DNA of 64,000 bases, taken from the NCBI GenBank assembly GCA_013265495.1, contig MU062559.1, positions 5,084,215 to 5,148,214 on the forward strand. The letters are read 5' to 3'. The stretch comes from Vicugna vicugna (lineage: Eukaryota). This document shows, piece by piece, positions 35,786 to 49,019 of this stretch (positions within the stretch are counted from its first letter, which is position 1; each line of letters opens with the position of its first letter). The position numbers and the translations under genes were made by a program. The notes beneath the pieces were generated by a model. The model saw nothing but the letters and a program-made list of their open reading frames with translations, was not told the DNA's origin and searched no databases.

Positions 35786-36520
35786 TTTCTCACAAAAGTA
35801 AACAAATCTTACCATACAGTCCAGCAGTCGCGCTCCATTGTAGTTACCCAAAGATGCTGAAGTTTTATGTCCACAAAAAAACCTGCACATAAATGTTTAT
35901 AGCAGCTTTATTCATAACTGCTGAATCTTANNNNNNNNNNNNNNNNNNNNNNNNNNNNNNNNNNNNNNNNNNNNNNNNNNNNNNNNNNNNNNNNNNNNNN
36001 NNNNNNNNNNNNNNNNNNNNNNNNNNNNNNNNNNNNNNNNNNNNNNNNNNNNNNNNNNNNNNNNNNNNNNNNNNNNNNNNNNNNNNNNAAAATCTATATG
36101 CTGTACGATTTCAACTATATGATATTCCAGACAAAGCAAAACTATGGAGGCAGTAAAATGATCAGTGATTGTCAGGGGTTGGGCTTGGGAGGGAAGAGGA
36201 GGGATGAATAGGTGGAGCACAGAGGATTTTTAGGGCAGTGAAGCTATTCTGTATGAGACCATGATGGTGGATACACGTCATCATACATCTGTCCAAACCC
36301 AGACAGTGTGCAACACCAAGAGTGAACCCAAGTGTAAACTATGGACTTTGGGTGATAATGACGTGTCAGTGTGGGTTCATCAATTGTAATTAATGCACCC
36401 CTCTGGTGGGGAAGGTTGGTAATGCGGCAAGCTATGCATTCATGAGTCAGGGCAGAGAAATTTCTGTACCATCCCCTCAATTTTGCTGTGAACCTTAAAC
36501 TGCTCTTTAAAATTAGTCTT
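35786..36520 (+). mobile_element. L1MC1-like 3' end (partly masked 35931-36088)
   Basis: cacagaggatttttagggcagtgaa...acaccaagagtgaaccc...gtaaactatggactttgggtgataatga...caattttgctgtgaacc. Confidence 0.88.
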
Positions 36521-37218
36521 GATTTTTAAATTTAAATTTAAATTTTTTAAAAAAGTAAGCCTCTTTGTCTCTCTACTACTCCATATTCAGTTTCCTTTCA
36601 CAGAGGCAATGACAATTGGCAGTTTCATGGCGCCCTCCTGGAGCCGGGTCCTGTGTCTGGAAGCATAAAGTAACGACTCTTCATATAAAATTGGAAGCAA
36701 GTTACACACACTGCTTGGCACCTTGCTTTGCTTTACAAAGTAATCATTTCATATCGGCACATACAGAGCTGCCTCAATCTTTTTAATAGTGTATAATAAA
36801 TTGTTGTAAGATATACTTAACCAATCCTTTAATGTATTGAAGTTTTAGAAGCTCTAGTTGGTTCTTTTCATATCTACTATGTCACTTAAAAAAATAATTT
36901 CCTGTTCCTTGCAGATCTCTTTAAGTTTGTCTTTAATGTCTATAAACAGAGTGTGCATGTTTTTTATAGATTGGGTCTCATAATCCCAGTATCTGAAGTC
37001 TTTGTGCGACTGTTTGTGTTTCTGTGATTTTTGCTGAGTGTCTTCTACATGTTTTCCTTATTCCCTTGATGCATCATCTCTGGTGCAAGAAGGTCTGAGG
37101 TAAAAGAAGGAACGGTGAGCACAAAAGCTTTGTAACACGAAGGCAAATCCAAGTGAGCACTGACATGCAAAACAACAGTTAACAACTGTGGTGCATTTAA
37201 AAAATGTAGAATTGAGGT

Positions 37219-37365
37219 GGGGACGGTATAGTTCAGTGGTAGAGCATGTGCTTAGCATGTGTGAAGGCTGGGTTCAATCCTCAGTACTTCCATTAAAAAA
37301 ATTTTTTTTTAATAGATAAACCTAATTATCTCCCCCTCCACAAAACAACCAAAAAAAAAAAAAAA
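37219..37365 (+). mobile_element. Vic-1-type SINE
   Basis: ggggacggtatagttcagtggtagagcatgtgcttagcatg...ctgggttcaatcctcagtacttcc...gataaacctaattatctcccc plus an A tail. Confidence 0.85.
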
Positions 37366-37489
37366 CCAGAGAATTAAAATACATGACTGCACACTGGCTT
37401 GTACATTTAAAAAATGGTTAAAAAGATAAACTTTATATTATGCATGTTTTATCACAAACACACACAAAATACATGACTATATTAGTATG

Positions 37490-38490
37490 TAGATCAAGAG
37501 GAGGAAGAGTTAGAGGTACAGGGTTCCAAGATCTTTAAATTGTCCAAGAAGAGGGTAAAGTGTTGATGAACTCAAGATTTGATAAGGTATGTATATATGT
37601 TATGATTTCTAGGGAAACCACTAAGCAGATAGAAATAGAGTATAACTTCCAAGTTAATAAAGGAAATAAAATGGAAGAAGAAAAATATCCAAAAGAAAGA
37701 AAAAAAGGAAAGGAAAAAAACCCTGGAGTATGTGGACAAATAGAAAGTAGAGGGGAGAGAGGCCACCAGTCTCCCTGCTCCNNNNNNNNNNNNNNNNNNN
37801 NNNNNNNNNNNNNNNNNNNNNNNNNNNNNNNNNNNNNNNNNNNNNNNNNNNNNNNNNNNNNNNNNNNNNNNNNNNNNNNNNNNNNNNNNNNNNNNNNNNN
37901 NNNNNNNNNNNNNNNNNNNNNNNNNNNNNNNNNNNNNNNNNNNNNNNNNNNNNNNNNNNNNNNNNNNNNNNNNNNNNNNNNNNNNNNNNNNNNNNNNNNN
38001 NNNNNNNNNNNNNNNNNNNNNNNNNNNNNNNNNNNNNNNNNNNNNNNNNNNNNNNNNNNNNNNNNNNNNNNNNNNNNNNNNNNNNNNNNNNNNNNNNNNN
38101 NNNNNNNNNNNNNNAAAGGAAAAAGAATCTGATACAAGCTACAACACGGATGAGCCTTGAAAACATCATACTAAGTGAAAAAAGCCAGACAGAAAGGGAC
38201 AAATACTGCATGATTCCTCTTTTATGAGGTACCTAGAATAGACAAATTCATGGAGACAGAAAGTAGGATAGAAGTTATCAAGGGCTGAGGCCGAGGAGAG
38301 AATGGGGAGTGATTGTGTAAGAGGTACAGAGTGTATGTCTGGGATGATAAAAAACGAAATGGGTAGTGGTGATGGCTTTATAACATTGTGAATGTCCTTA
38401 ATACCATTGAACAGTACATTTAAACATAGTAAAAATGGTAAATTTTATGTTATGTGCATCTCAACCAAAAAAAGAAATAAAAAATTTTAA
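37490..38490 (+). mobile_element. L1M fragments: 5'/inter-ORF-like piece, then L1MB-type 3' end (masked 37782-38114)
   Basis: ggatgagccttgaaaacatcatactaagtgaaaaaagccagac...gaggtacctagaatagacaaattcatggagacagaaagtag...aaatggtaaattttatgttatg. Confidence 0.75.
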
Positions 38491-38599
38491 AAAAGAGAGA
38501 AAAGAAAAGTAGAACACCTCATAAAATCACATGAGGAAAAGTAAATACATTCATGTTCCACATGCTGGTGGAGAAGACAGACACGGGACTCGTCAGTTA

Positions 38600-39090
38600 T
38601 AAACTTTGCGGAAAGGGCTGTGATGGAAACACAGGCAGGGCAGCATGGGGCCCTGATGTTCAAGGAAGGCTCCCTGGAGAAGGGAGACCTGAGCTGAGTC
38701 CTCAGAGCTGAGTGGTGGCTGGGAAGGGTGGGGGCAATATCCCAGGCAGAGGAAGAGGCCTAAGTAAATGCAGAGAAGCTGGAGCAGCCTGAGGGGAAGC
38801 ACAGAGGGTGTTGTTCCGGGATCCTGAAGTGTGAGGGGGTGAAAGGCTCAGGGATGGAGATGCAGGTGGGGTCAGGGAGGCAGGCGGGGTTGCAGAACCA
38901 GGGTAGGAAGTGGGACTTGATTCTAAGACAGGGGAACCCTGAATGCCCTAAGTGGGGGAGGATATGGCGAGCCCGGGTTCTAAGTAATTGTGTGCAGAAC
39001 GAGTGGGTGCCATTTGCAGGCAGGGCCTAGTCAGGGGCCGTCGCGTGTCCAGGATGGTGTTGGCTTGGACCAGGGTAGAGGCCAGGCAAA
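38600..39090 (-). mobile_element. L2 fragment
   Basis: aaggaaggctccctggagaagggagacctgagctgag...cccaggcagaggaag...ggatggtgttggcttggaccaggg. Confidence 0.65.
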
Positions 39091-42000
39091 TGTATCTCAT
39101 AAAAAGGGCTTTCTGAGATGGAACTGGAAACACCTGGTGCCGCGGGAAGAGGAGGGGGAGACAACAAAGAAGGCTCTGGAGGATCACAGCTGTAGGAAGG
39201 CAGGGGTCGGGGAGCAGATTTGGACCCGGTGAGACCCTCTGGGGTGTGGAGAAGCTCAGGGGAGGCCGGGGCTCCGCTTCGCTGCCCAGGTGGAGGGCTG
39301 CGGGGCCAGCTGCAGTTGGCATCCCACAGGGAAGGAAGATAGGCCTCCCACAGAGAATGAAGATACCCAGGTCTGCTGAATTATTCAGGGGCTGCCTCTC
39401 AGCCGTGACTGCACTACAGGGCCATGGTGGGTGCTTGAAACTCAGGCTACTCTGCTGGTGCCTGGGAAGGAGGGGACAGGATTGCCCGGAGCCGGAGCCT
39501 CCAGGGAGAGAACCCACCCCTCGCTTGCTGCCTGGCCTCTGAGCCTGCTGGGCTGGGGCACGCTCTCCCTGACCTCCTCCCTCCTGCCCAGGGGCCTGGA
39601 GCCGTGGATGGGCCAACGAGAACCAAGCTCCAAGGGCAGGTTGTCTCAGCTCCCACCACCCATCTGCTTATCACTCTGGAACCCAGTTCTATCACCTGGG
39701 GCGCCAGGCAAGGTAGCAGCTGGGGCGAGGCCAGCCAGGTGAGACAGCCTCTGGTCCTGACTCCTGGGGCCTGATGTTGGGCAGTCAGTTGAAACTCTGG
39801 GCTCTTGTGAAAGCTTCAGCCCGAGAAGACACCTCTGGTCATCCTGCCCCCAAGACCCGTGACTCTGTCCCGTGGCCTACACACGATGTGGACCCAGATG
39901 TCAGCCTCCCCAGCTGAAAGTCTCTCTGTTCAGAGCCGTCCCAAGGTACACTCAGGGCCGCGGGCGGGTGGGCAGGAAGTGGGCTGACTGTCCTTCTCGA
40001 GGGTCATGGTTTCCCTGAGGTCATACAGCTGGTCACCCAAGGAGCCTGGGCTGGCCCCACCCTTCCCCTTCCCTCTTGTCTGCACTTTCTCAGTGTCTTT
40101 GGGCTGCCCCCAGCCCCTACTCGCTCCACCTAGAATATGTCCCCTCCCCACAAAGTGTCCCTTTCTGCCCAGGCCTACCCATCCCCTCACGGATGGCCTA
40201 ATTCCTGGAGGTGGTATTTTTCACCAGTGTGATATGTGTGCAGGTAACAATGCCTTATCTCTCGCGGGGAGAATACAGGGCTCCTAGGAGAGGCATTTTG
40301 GGGTGGCCAGGACCTTCCCACCCAAGGACAGCTGCTTGAGATGGGTCCCAGGCCCCAGGACAGGGCCGGAGCCTCTCAGGGACATCCCAGAGCAGCTGAG
40401 GGAGTGAAAGAACCACCCGGTGGTGCAGGGGGAGAGGCAGGGCCAGAACCTCAGCCCCTGGAAACGGAAGAGGAGCTTCCTGCAGTCCCAGAGTGGGACG
40501 AGTTTCCCAAGGCCTCCTTCCTCCCTTTGCTTGGGCTGAGGATGGCGGGGGTGTGAGCAGTGCCTCCTGCACCCCGCCTGCCCCCTGAGCTGCCCCCACC
40601 ACCACCACTCTCCTTGAATCTTACCAACTTCCAGGCCTAGTTGGTCTAGGATGCCCCTCAGGAGGCCCTGCAGCTGGGGCACTATCATTTTTTGGCACAC
40701 ATAGTTAGCCCGCCGTGGTCTGACTGTGTCCCTGCTATGCCCCACCCTCACCCCACTTGGAGACCCTCATTAGGGCAGGGACCAAGTCCCAGGGCCCCGG
40801 GACATCAGCCTCAGAACAGACATGAACACTTCTGGTGAGAAAACTGAGGCCCAGCGCAGGAAGGCCTTGCCCGCCGGCCAAGGTTCCATAAGAGGCCTCC
40901 CAGGTCACCTCCTAACACCTCCATCTTGGGGAAACCTCGGAAAAAGTGACAATGTGAATAAGGAATACTCAGGATGTCAAAAGAGAAATAAATTATTTGC
41001 TTTTAATTTTGATGTGCAGACTGAGGCCCAGGGAAAGAGGAGGTATCCAGTGGCCCCACCATAGGGTGGAGTCTGGAAAGCAGTGGGCACCTGGGCTCAG
41101 GTTACTGCCCCTCTCTGGAAACAGGGCACAGGGCCAGCAGGGTCGGTGGCCATTATTAATGCATGTGCTGGCGGTGGCCAAGCGGCCGTCTCAGCCTCTG
41201 CAGCTGGGCCCAGTGAGTGAGGGTTCTGGAGCCCATGTTCACCCCAGCCCTGGCCCCAGAAACAGTCCTGGGGAAATGCCAGACCCATCTGCAGAGACAA
41301 CCAGCCCCTACGTTCTGAGAGCTCAGACCAGCAAAAAGGAGGGGTCAGGCGGAATCCCTGTCCAGTGCTGTCATGTGACGTGACCACCTGCCCCCACAGC
41401 CTCCCCAGGCACATCTGTGTTCAGCTGTCTTTCCTACTTTGATACCACCGCAGATCTGAATTTCAGTTTTGCAAGGGAAATGATTTGCATTCCTGCCAGG
41501 GCTTCTATCCTGGACAATCCTGGCTCTTCCTAAGGTGCCCAGGACCCGACAGTCCACTCTGTTCCACACAGCCCTGCAATAGGCAGCTTGCTCCCCCTTG
41601 AGCCAGGGTCACGATGCTCCCAGGATCCTTGCGCACATGGCTTTCCTGGGCTGGGCCTCACTGACCAGTATGTCTGTCTGTCTGTTTATATCCTGCCTTG
41701 TTGCAGAAAGGATTTTAGGCATTGATGCTTTATACCTAGTAATGCACTCGGGCCTGTGAGATTCGGAGGGCGTGTTCCTGCCCTGTGGGATGTGATGCAG
41801 TTGCAGGTACTTTGGCACAGAGTTTGAGCGGCTTGCTCAAGGCCAGACAAAACTCATCCAAGGTCACACACCAGCCTCCTTATCACCAGTCCAGGCTTCT
41901 TTCCACTGGACTCTGTACCTCCCCATGAATAATTTGCACGGCTGGCAGGGCAGTCATCGAACATATCCCTCTTCTCACTTTTCTGGAACATCAACACCAG

Positions 42001-42232
42001 TCTCTCTGCTCTCCCTCTGGCAGCTCCCTGCCCACGCCTGTGAGCTGGAGGACCTGTGTGTTCAAAGTTCTTAGCCAATTCCTTCCCCTCCTGGAAGAAG
42101 ACAGCCAAATAATGTCTCCCTCCTCCTAGGGCAGGCATCTCATCTCCTGAAGCTGCCTTGCGTCATCATGATTAGAGTCTCATTCATAAAATCATTCATC
42201 CAGGTCTGGCCCACATGCAAACGTGAGACATT

Positions 42233-42258
42233 CACACACACACACACACACACACACA
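42233..42258. repeat. (CA)n microsatellite
   Basis: Uninterrupted cacaca run of about 26 bp. Confidence 0.95.
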
Positions 42259-43199
42259 TTCATTTTGCAAAAGCACCTACCATAAAACATCTTTAATTCA
42301 TAATTTGACATTTGTGATAACACAAGAAAGAGGAAATATACCTTTGCACCCTATCTGCAAAAAAAAGTGCTGACTAAATAGCATGACTGAGATAAAAGCC
42401 TTATTTAATATCCTATGAGAATCGTGCACACAGGGTTCTCCGAGGCTGCCTCTGGAGTTTGTGGCAGAGCGACCTGCTGACGGGAGGTTGTCTCCTCAGC
42501 TGAACCCTGGGTCCTGAGACTCCTCTTTTGGAACAAATCCCAGGGCCATTTGGGTACAGCCAGAGGACTTGTGACCTTCCTCTGTATATGCTAAAGGAAT
42601 TCATGCTTCCTGAAACAGAGGCTCTGGTCGGATCCCTGGTCATCTTCCAACCTGGAGAGCCCCAACAGGGCAGTCTGTCTCCATATCTCCTCAAATGCTC
42701 TTGGTCTCCCTGACATCTGGTCTGTGGTTCAGTGTCTGGTCAGGCTGGTGAGGGGGATTTCTCTGAAGTCCAGGGCATGTTCCAACAGGAGCACCTGGTG
42801 GAAGGCACAGAACAGGGCTGTGGGTACAGAACCTCTAAAATACCAGACTTGATCGTTTCCAGATGCTTTAGAAATTTAGCTGACAACTATTTATAATAGC
42901 AAAACATTAGAAACTATTCAAATGACCACCACAAGGGAGCAATTGAATCAAGTCTGTGAATGTATTACCTCTTCAAAAATGAAAACTGATTAAAACACCA
43001 TTTAAAAATAAAGTGTAGAAAGAAAGAAATTCCTAAAAACCAAAAGTGGAATAAAACAAAGGAACCCTTCTATCTAGTTAAAGGGCATATCCACAAAGAG
43101 AGACTATAGCAAGTAACTTTAAACGCCGTATGTAAGCGGACTCATATCTTCCTCGTGGAACATCCTCAACGGACAAAAGAACTGAAAACACTTAAATTT

Positions 43200-44785
43200 A
43201 GCAATCGTGTTGGTGGTGGTGGGTTTGGCTTTGTTACCCTGAGCCTGTTTTGTGTGTATTCTGCACAGTTATGTTGGTGTCATTGAGAACCGACATGGTT
43301 TTGGCATGGTTGAAAGGAAACACAGAAGATCAATAAAGTAAATTAAAAACACTTTGGTCTTAAATTTGAATAGAAATTTTCTTTTTTAAAAGAATTTTTT
43401 AATTTTTTTTAAACAAACAGTATTTTCTAGCTCTGCTGACTGAAAAGGACTAGAAACAATGACCAAATCAGTAGCAACAAGCACCCCTGACATCCAGATT
43501 CTAGACTCAGAATATTATCTCCCAGTGAAAGAGAAACAGGTGTCCTTGATTCCAGATTTGGGGCAGAAAATGTCCAAGATGAATCTAGAACTTAACCAGA
43601 AAGCCAAACTGCTCTGGAGGAACAAGACTGAGTCAAAAGGCCTCAGGAGCCAGCCTGATAGCTGCAGTGAGTGAAATCTCATCAGGGCCATCCCATCCTT
43701 CCCCCAACAAAAAAAGCCTCGCTGATCATCTCGGGAGGATGTTAGGGGACCACTTCACTCTGAAAACTGGCAAATGAAGAGAAAGAATCAAGCATGCATC
43801 CTGCCTTTCCCATGTGAACTGTACCAAGCAGCTAATTAAATATTAGGGGAGGGGAGACCCTTCTTTACGGAAGTAGCGCTGTGAATAAAGGGAGAAGGAG
43901 TGATACAATCAGCCAATCACCGTTTTGAAACCCTTAATGAAGCAGCAGATCCAGGACAGCAGTTCTCAAGGTGTGACCCTCAAAACAGGGGCCACGAGGT
44001 TCTAGAATTGCCTTCATTTATTTTAACACAAACACCATCTCACAACAGACTGATTAATGCAGAAGCTGATAGGAGAGTCCAGATATTAAAGAGATTTTCA
44101 AAAATGTAAGACAATGCCATTATTATTATTAAGTACATTTTTTTGAAAATGGTTATTTTCATAAAATGTTATTTTTGTTAACATATAATAGACTTAGTAT
44201 TGTTATTTTAAAAGAATCAATGGTTTTTAAATTTCTAAGTTTTAATTTCTAATAAGGTAAATACAAATAGATAGAACTCATATAAATAAAAACTCCTGGG
44301 GCCCTAAAAAATTTTTAATAGAAGGATTCTAAGACCAAAGATTTTGAGAGCCACTGATCTAGCAAACGTCATCAATGGTTGGTAACATCTGATGAAAGTC
44401 TTTGATACCACCTATAAAGTATCTTGCTTAAATAGATAAAACCTGGATATGATCAAAATACCAATTTATAGGAAATAAACAACAAAAGAGAACAAAAGAA
44501 CATGTTAAATGACACCATGGGGTTGCAATTGACAAATCTTGACTGTGAGAAACTCTACAAGATAAGTGACCAGATTTCTTCAACTAGAAACTGGAAAGCA
44601 TCTACAGAAAAAAGAAATGGAGGGCAAGAGGGTAGAGCTCCTATGTTAAGTGTTCTTATCACAACAAAAGAATAAGATATAAAATAAAATATTTTTTAAA
44701 AAGGAAATGGAGGAGCACTTGTCTTGGAATTGATTTAAAGAGACTTAAGAGACATGTCAATCAATAGCTATGAATGGATCACACC
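43200..44785 (+). mobile_element. L1MC3/L1MC4-like 3' region, interrupted by a hAT element
   Basis: ctgaaaaggactagaaacaatgacc...agtagcaacaagcacccctg...ggggcagaaaatgtccaagatg and aagagacttaagagacatgtcaatc. Confidence 0.7.
43957..44356 (+). mobile_element. hAT-Charlie-type non-autonomous element
   Basis: Termini cagcagttctcaa...ttttgagagccactg, flanked by atccagga / atctagca (8-bp TSD-like); subfamily not assigned. Confidence 0.7.
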
Positions 44786-45127
44786 TGNNNNNNNNNNNNN
44801 NNNNNNNNNNNNNNNNNNNNNNNNNNNNNNNNNNNNNNNNNNNNNNNNNNNNNNNNNNNNNNNNNNNNNNNNNNNNNNNNNNNNNNNNNNNNNNNNNNNN
44901 NNNNNNNNNNNNNNNNNGAGGATGGGTTGTGTCCTGAAAAGAAGAGGGGGAGCCCAGAGTTCTCTCTCCCTGCCGTGTGAGCACAGAGAGAAAGTCGCCG
45001 TCTGCAAAGAGAGCCCTCACTTGACACCAAATCTGCCAGCACCTTGATCGTGGGCTCCCAGCCTCCAGAACTGCTGTTTAAGCCACCCAGTTTATAGTAC
45101 TTTGTTAAAGTGGCCTGAGCTGAGACA
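44786..45127 (+). mobile_element. MLT1A/B-like LTR (5' part masked 44788-44917)
   Basis: gacaccaaatctgccagcaccttgatcgtgggctcccagcctccagaactg...gtttaagccacccagtttatagtactttgtt...gagaca. Confidence 0.85.
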
Positions 45128-46449
45128 AGGGGCCTTAAGACTGAGGAAAGCAGGAAAAGCTTGCTAGCTGAGACAATGCTAGCTCTGAGCTTTGAAAGAT
45201 CAGGAGGAATTATCCAGGCAAAGAATTGGGAGCAGGTGTTCCAGAAGAAGTACCAACCAGCCTCATTCAGGGAACTGCAGCAGGTGAAGCCGAAGGTCAG
45301 GAAGCATTAGGGAGTGGGAGGTGAGAGGGCGGGGTAGGCAGGGCCAGGTCGTGCCGTGTGTGTGCCCCAGCCATGGGGAAACGTGCTCAGCTCTGCTTCA
45401 GGAAGCTCGCTCTGACGGCAGTGTGGAAAGTGGATCAGAGGGCCTGGGTGGACCCTGCCACGCCCACCATGCTCCATCCCCCTGACTCCTGGCCACACAG
45501 GGGACAGTGACAGCCAGGTCCACCGGTGGTAACAGTGGACTGTGCCTATGGGACATCTGGCCATTGTTATAGAACCTTCAAAGGGTGTGGCAGGAAGCAC
45601 TGGTGGCATGCTAGAGAATCCTAACCTTCAAGGTGGGTGACACAGTGTGGTTATGGCAGTTTGGAGAACAATATAAAACAATTATGCTGAGGTTTCAAGG
45701 TGACATACTAGAGGGATAGAGGCTTGATAAGCCCCCACGTGGCATTTCCTATAGAACCTCATTTGGGACAGGCTAAGTCCCATAGCCACCAACTGGAACA
45801 TGTCCCCCAGGAGCCAAGGAAGGAGCCTGGAGGAGGCCCATCTCACCAGCAGATATCCTGGAGTCTTTTGCTGAACATATATCCTTCGCGCTGGACACAG
45901 TAAGTTGCATGAGAAAGAAGTGTCTGAGTGTCATCTTCACCGATCCTTAGTATTGCGGGGCTAATTCCAAGTGGTAGAGTATAAACAGAGAGGTCAGCTA
46001 GGCGGTCACTCCCGAAGAGAACTGCGGGTGACCCACACGAGGGTGCAGTCCTGGAGGTGGGAGGACGTGGAAGGACTGGGAGCTCTTTGGGCTGCCTGCA
46101 TGTGGGGCAAGGAGGGCCTCTGGGTTAGAGGGAGCTGCGCCATTCATGGGAAGTGAAGCCTGGGAGAAAGAGCAGGTTATGGGTTTCTTGTTTGTTTTTA
46201 AGATGGGTTTATTTGGGATCAGCAGGGAATTGCAATTTGGGGTCTGCAAACAGCGTGAGCCATGTGCAAGTCCCCAAGTTAAGGGTTTTTGAGGTTCCTG
46301 TGGGAACGGCAGGTGTCCACGAGACCACTGGGAGTAGAGGTCTGAACCTCAGGATGGAGATCTGCCGAGAGAAACAGACTTGGCTGCCGACAGCCTGCAG
46401 TGGGCGGTGGTGGAGGATGGGGCTCTAGGAGACCTTTTAGAACACCAGC

Positions 46450-46907
46450 TGTATTCGTGTCATGAGGCTGCTGTGAAAATGACCACAACTGGATAGCTAA
46501 AAACAACAGAAACATACTCTCGGTTCCGGGGCCAGAAGGCCGAAATCAAGTCGGCAGGACCCTCCCTCCTGAGACTGGGAGAAAATCAGCCCCAAGCCTC
46601 TCTCCCAGTTTGGGGTGGCGGCCAGCAGCTCGCGGCCTTCCTAGTACACACGGCACCCCAACCTCTGCCTCTATCATCTCACTGCCGCCTCCTCTGCTGT
46701 GTCTGTCTCCTCTGTGTGTCTCTTGTAAGGACACTTGTCACTGGATTTAGGGCCCCCAGGATAATCCAGGATGATCTCCTGGTCTCAAAATCCTTAACTT
46801 GATTACATCTGCAAAGACCCTTTTTCCAAATAAGGTAACATTCACAGGTTCTAGGGATTAGGGTGTGGATGGACATCTTTCTGAGGGGCCACCAGTCACC
46901 CCACCAC
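46450..46907 (-). mobile_element. MLT1C/D-like LTR
   Basis: aaggacacttgtcactggatttagggcccc...aatccttaacttgattacatctgcaaagaccctttttccaaataaggtaacattcacaggttctagggattagg. Confidence 0.9.
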
Positions 46908-48356
46908 ACCATCCTTTAAAAAGAAGAAACAGGCAAGAGCCCCGAGAGCGGGAGCCTCCCTGTGGGGCTGGACCCCAAATGCCGCAGGACCTCAGAGGGA
47001 CCCACTCGGGGACGAGGGAAGGTGGGAGCGGATATTTCTACTTTGTTTGCTTTGATGCTACTTCTATTCTTCAGGGTTATTTCCCCTAGAGTTTAACAAG
47101 TCCCTTTTGAAAGTTCTAGTCAGTGTTTGCTGTGTTGCAGGGACCCTGGTTCTTGGCCCAAAGTGACAGAGGGGGCTCAGCTCATCAGGGCCAAGGCGGT
47201 GTCAGCAGCATCAAAGTGAGAGACCAACTGGGGGGACAGGAACACAGTACACTCCTTGAGGCAGACGGTCCTGCCCTCCCGGGTCAGCGTTGGAAGGTGG
47301 TGTCGTTTACACAAAGCTTCCAGCCTGGGAACAGGACGGCCTGTGGACACTGATGGTGCTGATACAGAAATAAAGAAGGCAGACAAGAGGCAGAGGTGGG
47401 TGGGGTGGGGAGGGGAAGAGGAGGGGTCAGATGGAACAAACCCTGTAAGTTCTGGGTGCCCCCTCGCCCAGGGAAAAGCTCTTGTAGACTGTGAATCCCA
47501 AGAAGGCTGGGAGCAGCCCCTTCCTCACCCTCAGCATCCCTGGAGGCTCAGCCGCACAGGGTGCTGGCAAATGTGCACCTGTGCCCTATGTGAGCCGTCC
47601 AGGGTGGTGGTGAGGGAGGGAAGGTGCCCGGGGCCAGGCCTGCCATGGTTCTCTCTTAGCTGGAGGCTGGAGGTGGGGAAGGAGCTGACACTTGAGAGCC
47701 TGGACAGAGCCAGGCAGCCCACCTTCCAGGTCAGACCCCAGAATCTCAGACCTCTAATGAAAAATGCACTAATAGTGCCTATCTTGAGGGTGACTGTTTG
47801 GGGAGTAAAATGGGTTATTGCTTGACGTTTTAAACACACACATACTGAGTGGTCACTAATGGTCATAACTAAATGTTACAGCTGTAAACACCTAGGGGGA
47901 GGAAGTAGACTGGCGAGGCCAGCAGGGAAAGTCCAGCACCTCTGCAGGGACAGGGGTGACAGGAACAAGGATTTGGGGGATGGCGCTGAGAGGCACTGCG
48001 GTGATAATCCATCTCTCTGAAGTTCCCCCTCACCTAGGAAAAAGTGGGATTTCATGTCCTGAAAGCAGAGAAGCCCCTTGAAGGAGGAATACCTTAGTGA
48101 ATCTCACAATTCAGGTGACAGGGGGCATCATGCAGATTAGTAGGTACCCAGGGGAAAGCTCCCTTATTCCATTCTGATTCCCCAGGCCCAACAGTGCTTT
48201 CCAGAAGAACTTAGGGAGAAGATACTTCGGCCTTCCTTGTGTTCCAGTTGCCTGTCATCAGGAAGTTCTGCTTGGTATCTCTCCTAATGCCTTCATGCTG
48301 CAGATCTGGCAGGTGCCCTGTGTTAGGCTGGGAGACATAGGCAGAGGGTCTTTTGG

Positions 48357-48359
<3 letters not shown>

Positions 48360-48404
<45 letters not shown>

Positions 48405-48430
48405 ACGCACGCACACGCACACACACGCGC
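48360..48430. repeat. Compound (CA)n/(CG) alternating purine-pyrimidine repeat
   Basis: (CA)n grading into cacgcacacgcacgcacgcacgcacacgcacacacacgcgc. Confidence 0.95.
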
Positions 48431-49019
48431 CAGGATCGGAGGACCCTGCCCAGCTCCATGGTGGCAACTAAACACTCTTGGCTTTGCGGGGGGCAGGCAG
48501 AGGGGTGGGGACCTGCAGGAGACAGGGCTGGTCTTAGACCTCCATCCTCAGTCTCTGTCAACTTCAGAAGCAATTTCCTTTATTGCCGGCACCATTGGCT
48601 GGAACTCTGCTTCCAAATTAATGTTGGAAGCAGGTGGGCACAGTTAATACCTGCAGACGGTTTTATATTCTCTCAGCGGTAAACAAAGATAACCTGAACT
48701 CTAAACAGCCAGGTCCAAGCTGCCCACGTGGTCCTCCCCACCCACTTTTCTAGGTGGGGGGACCTCAGGCTGCTTACCACTCCAACTCCCCTCTCCCAGA
48801 CCACCCCATGGCCCTGCGGCCAGGACACCGCCATAACTCAGCAGGCCCTTCCAGGGGCTGACAGCGCAGAGCCCCTCAAGGACACCCTGTGGCATCCGAG
48901 GCTGACCACACGCGGGTCCCAGAGAGGCCCCACTGATGCCTGGAGGTAAGAATACCAGTTACCCGCTTTTGAACACTAACTATGCATGTGCTGAATGCCT
49001 CATGTACCTGGGCCCACTT

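Noticed and set aside
36395-36408. CTCF-like CCACCAGAGGGTGC on the - strand
   Set aside because: Lies inside an L1MC1 3' end and mismatches the critical C of GGC; not supportable without binding data.
37560-38211. 185-200 aa ORFs
   Set aside because: Length is inflated by 333 Ns; the readable parts are L1 remnants.
38948-40751. Several 100-222 aa ORFs in GC-rich sequence
   Set aside because: Partly overlap antisense L2; biased composition, no domain, no consistent exon structure.
46679-46912. 77-aa ORF (MSIHTLIPRTCECYLIWKK...)
   Set aside because: Standard spurious translation of an MLT1 LTR.
48211-48682. ORFs containing HTHTHT / VCVCVC
   Set aside because: Translations of the (CA)n repeat.
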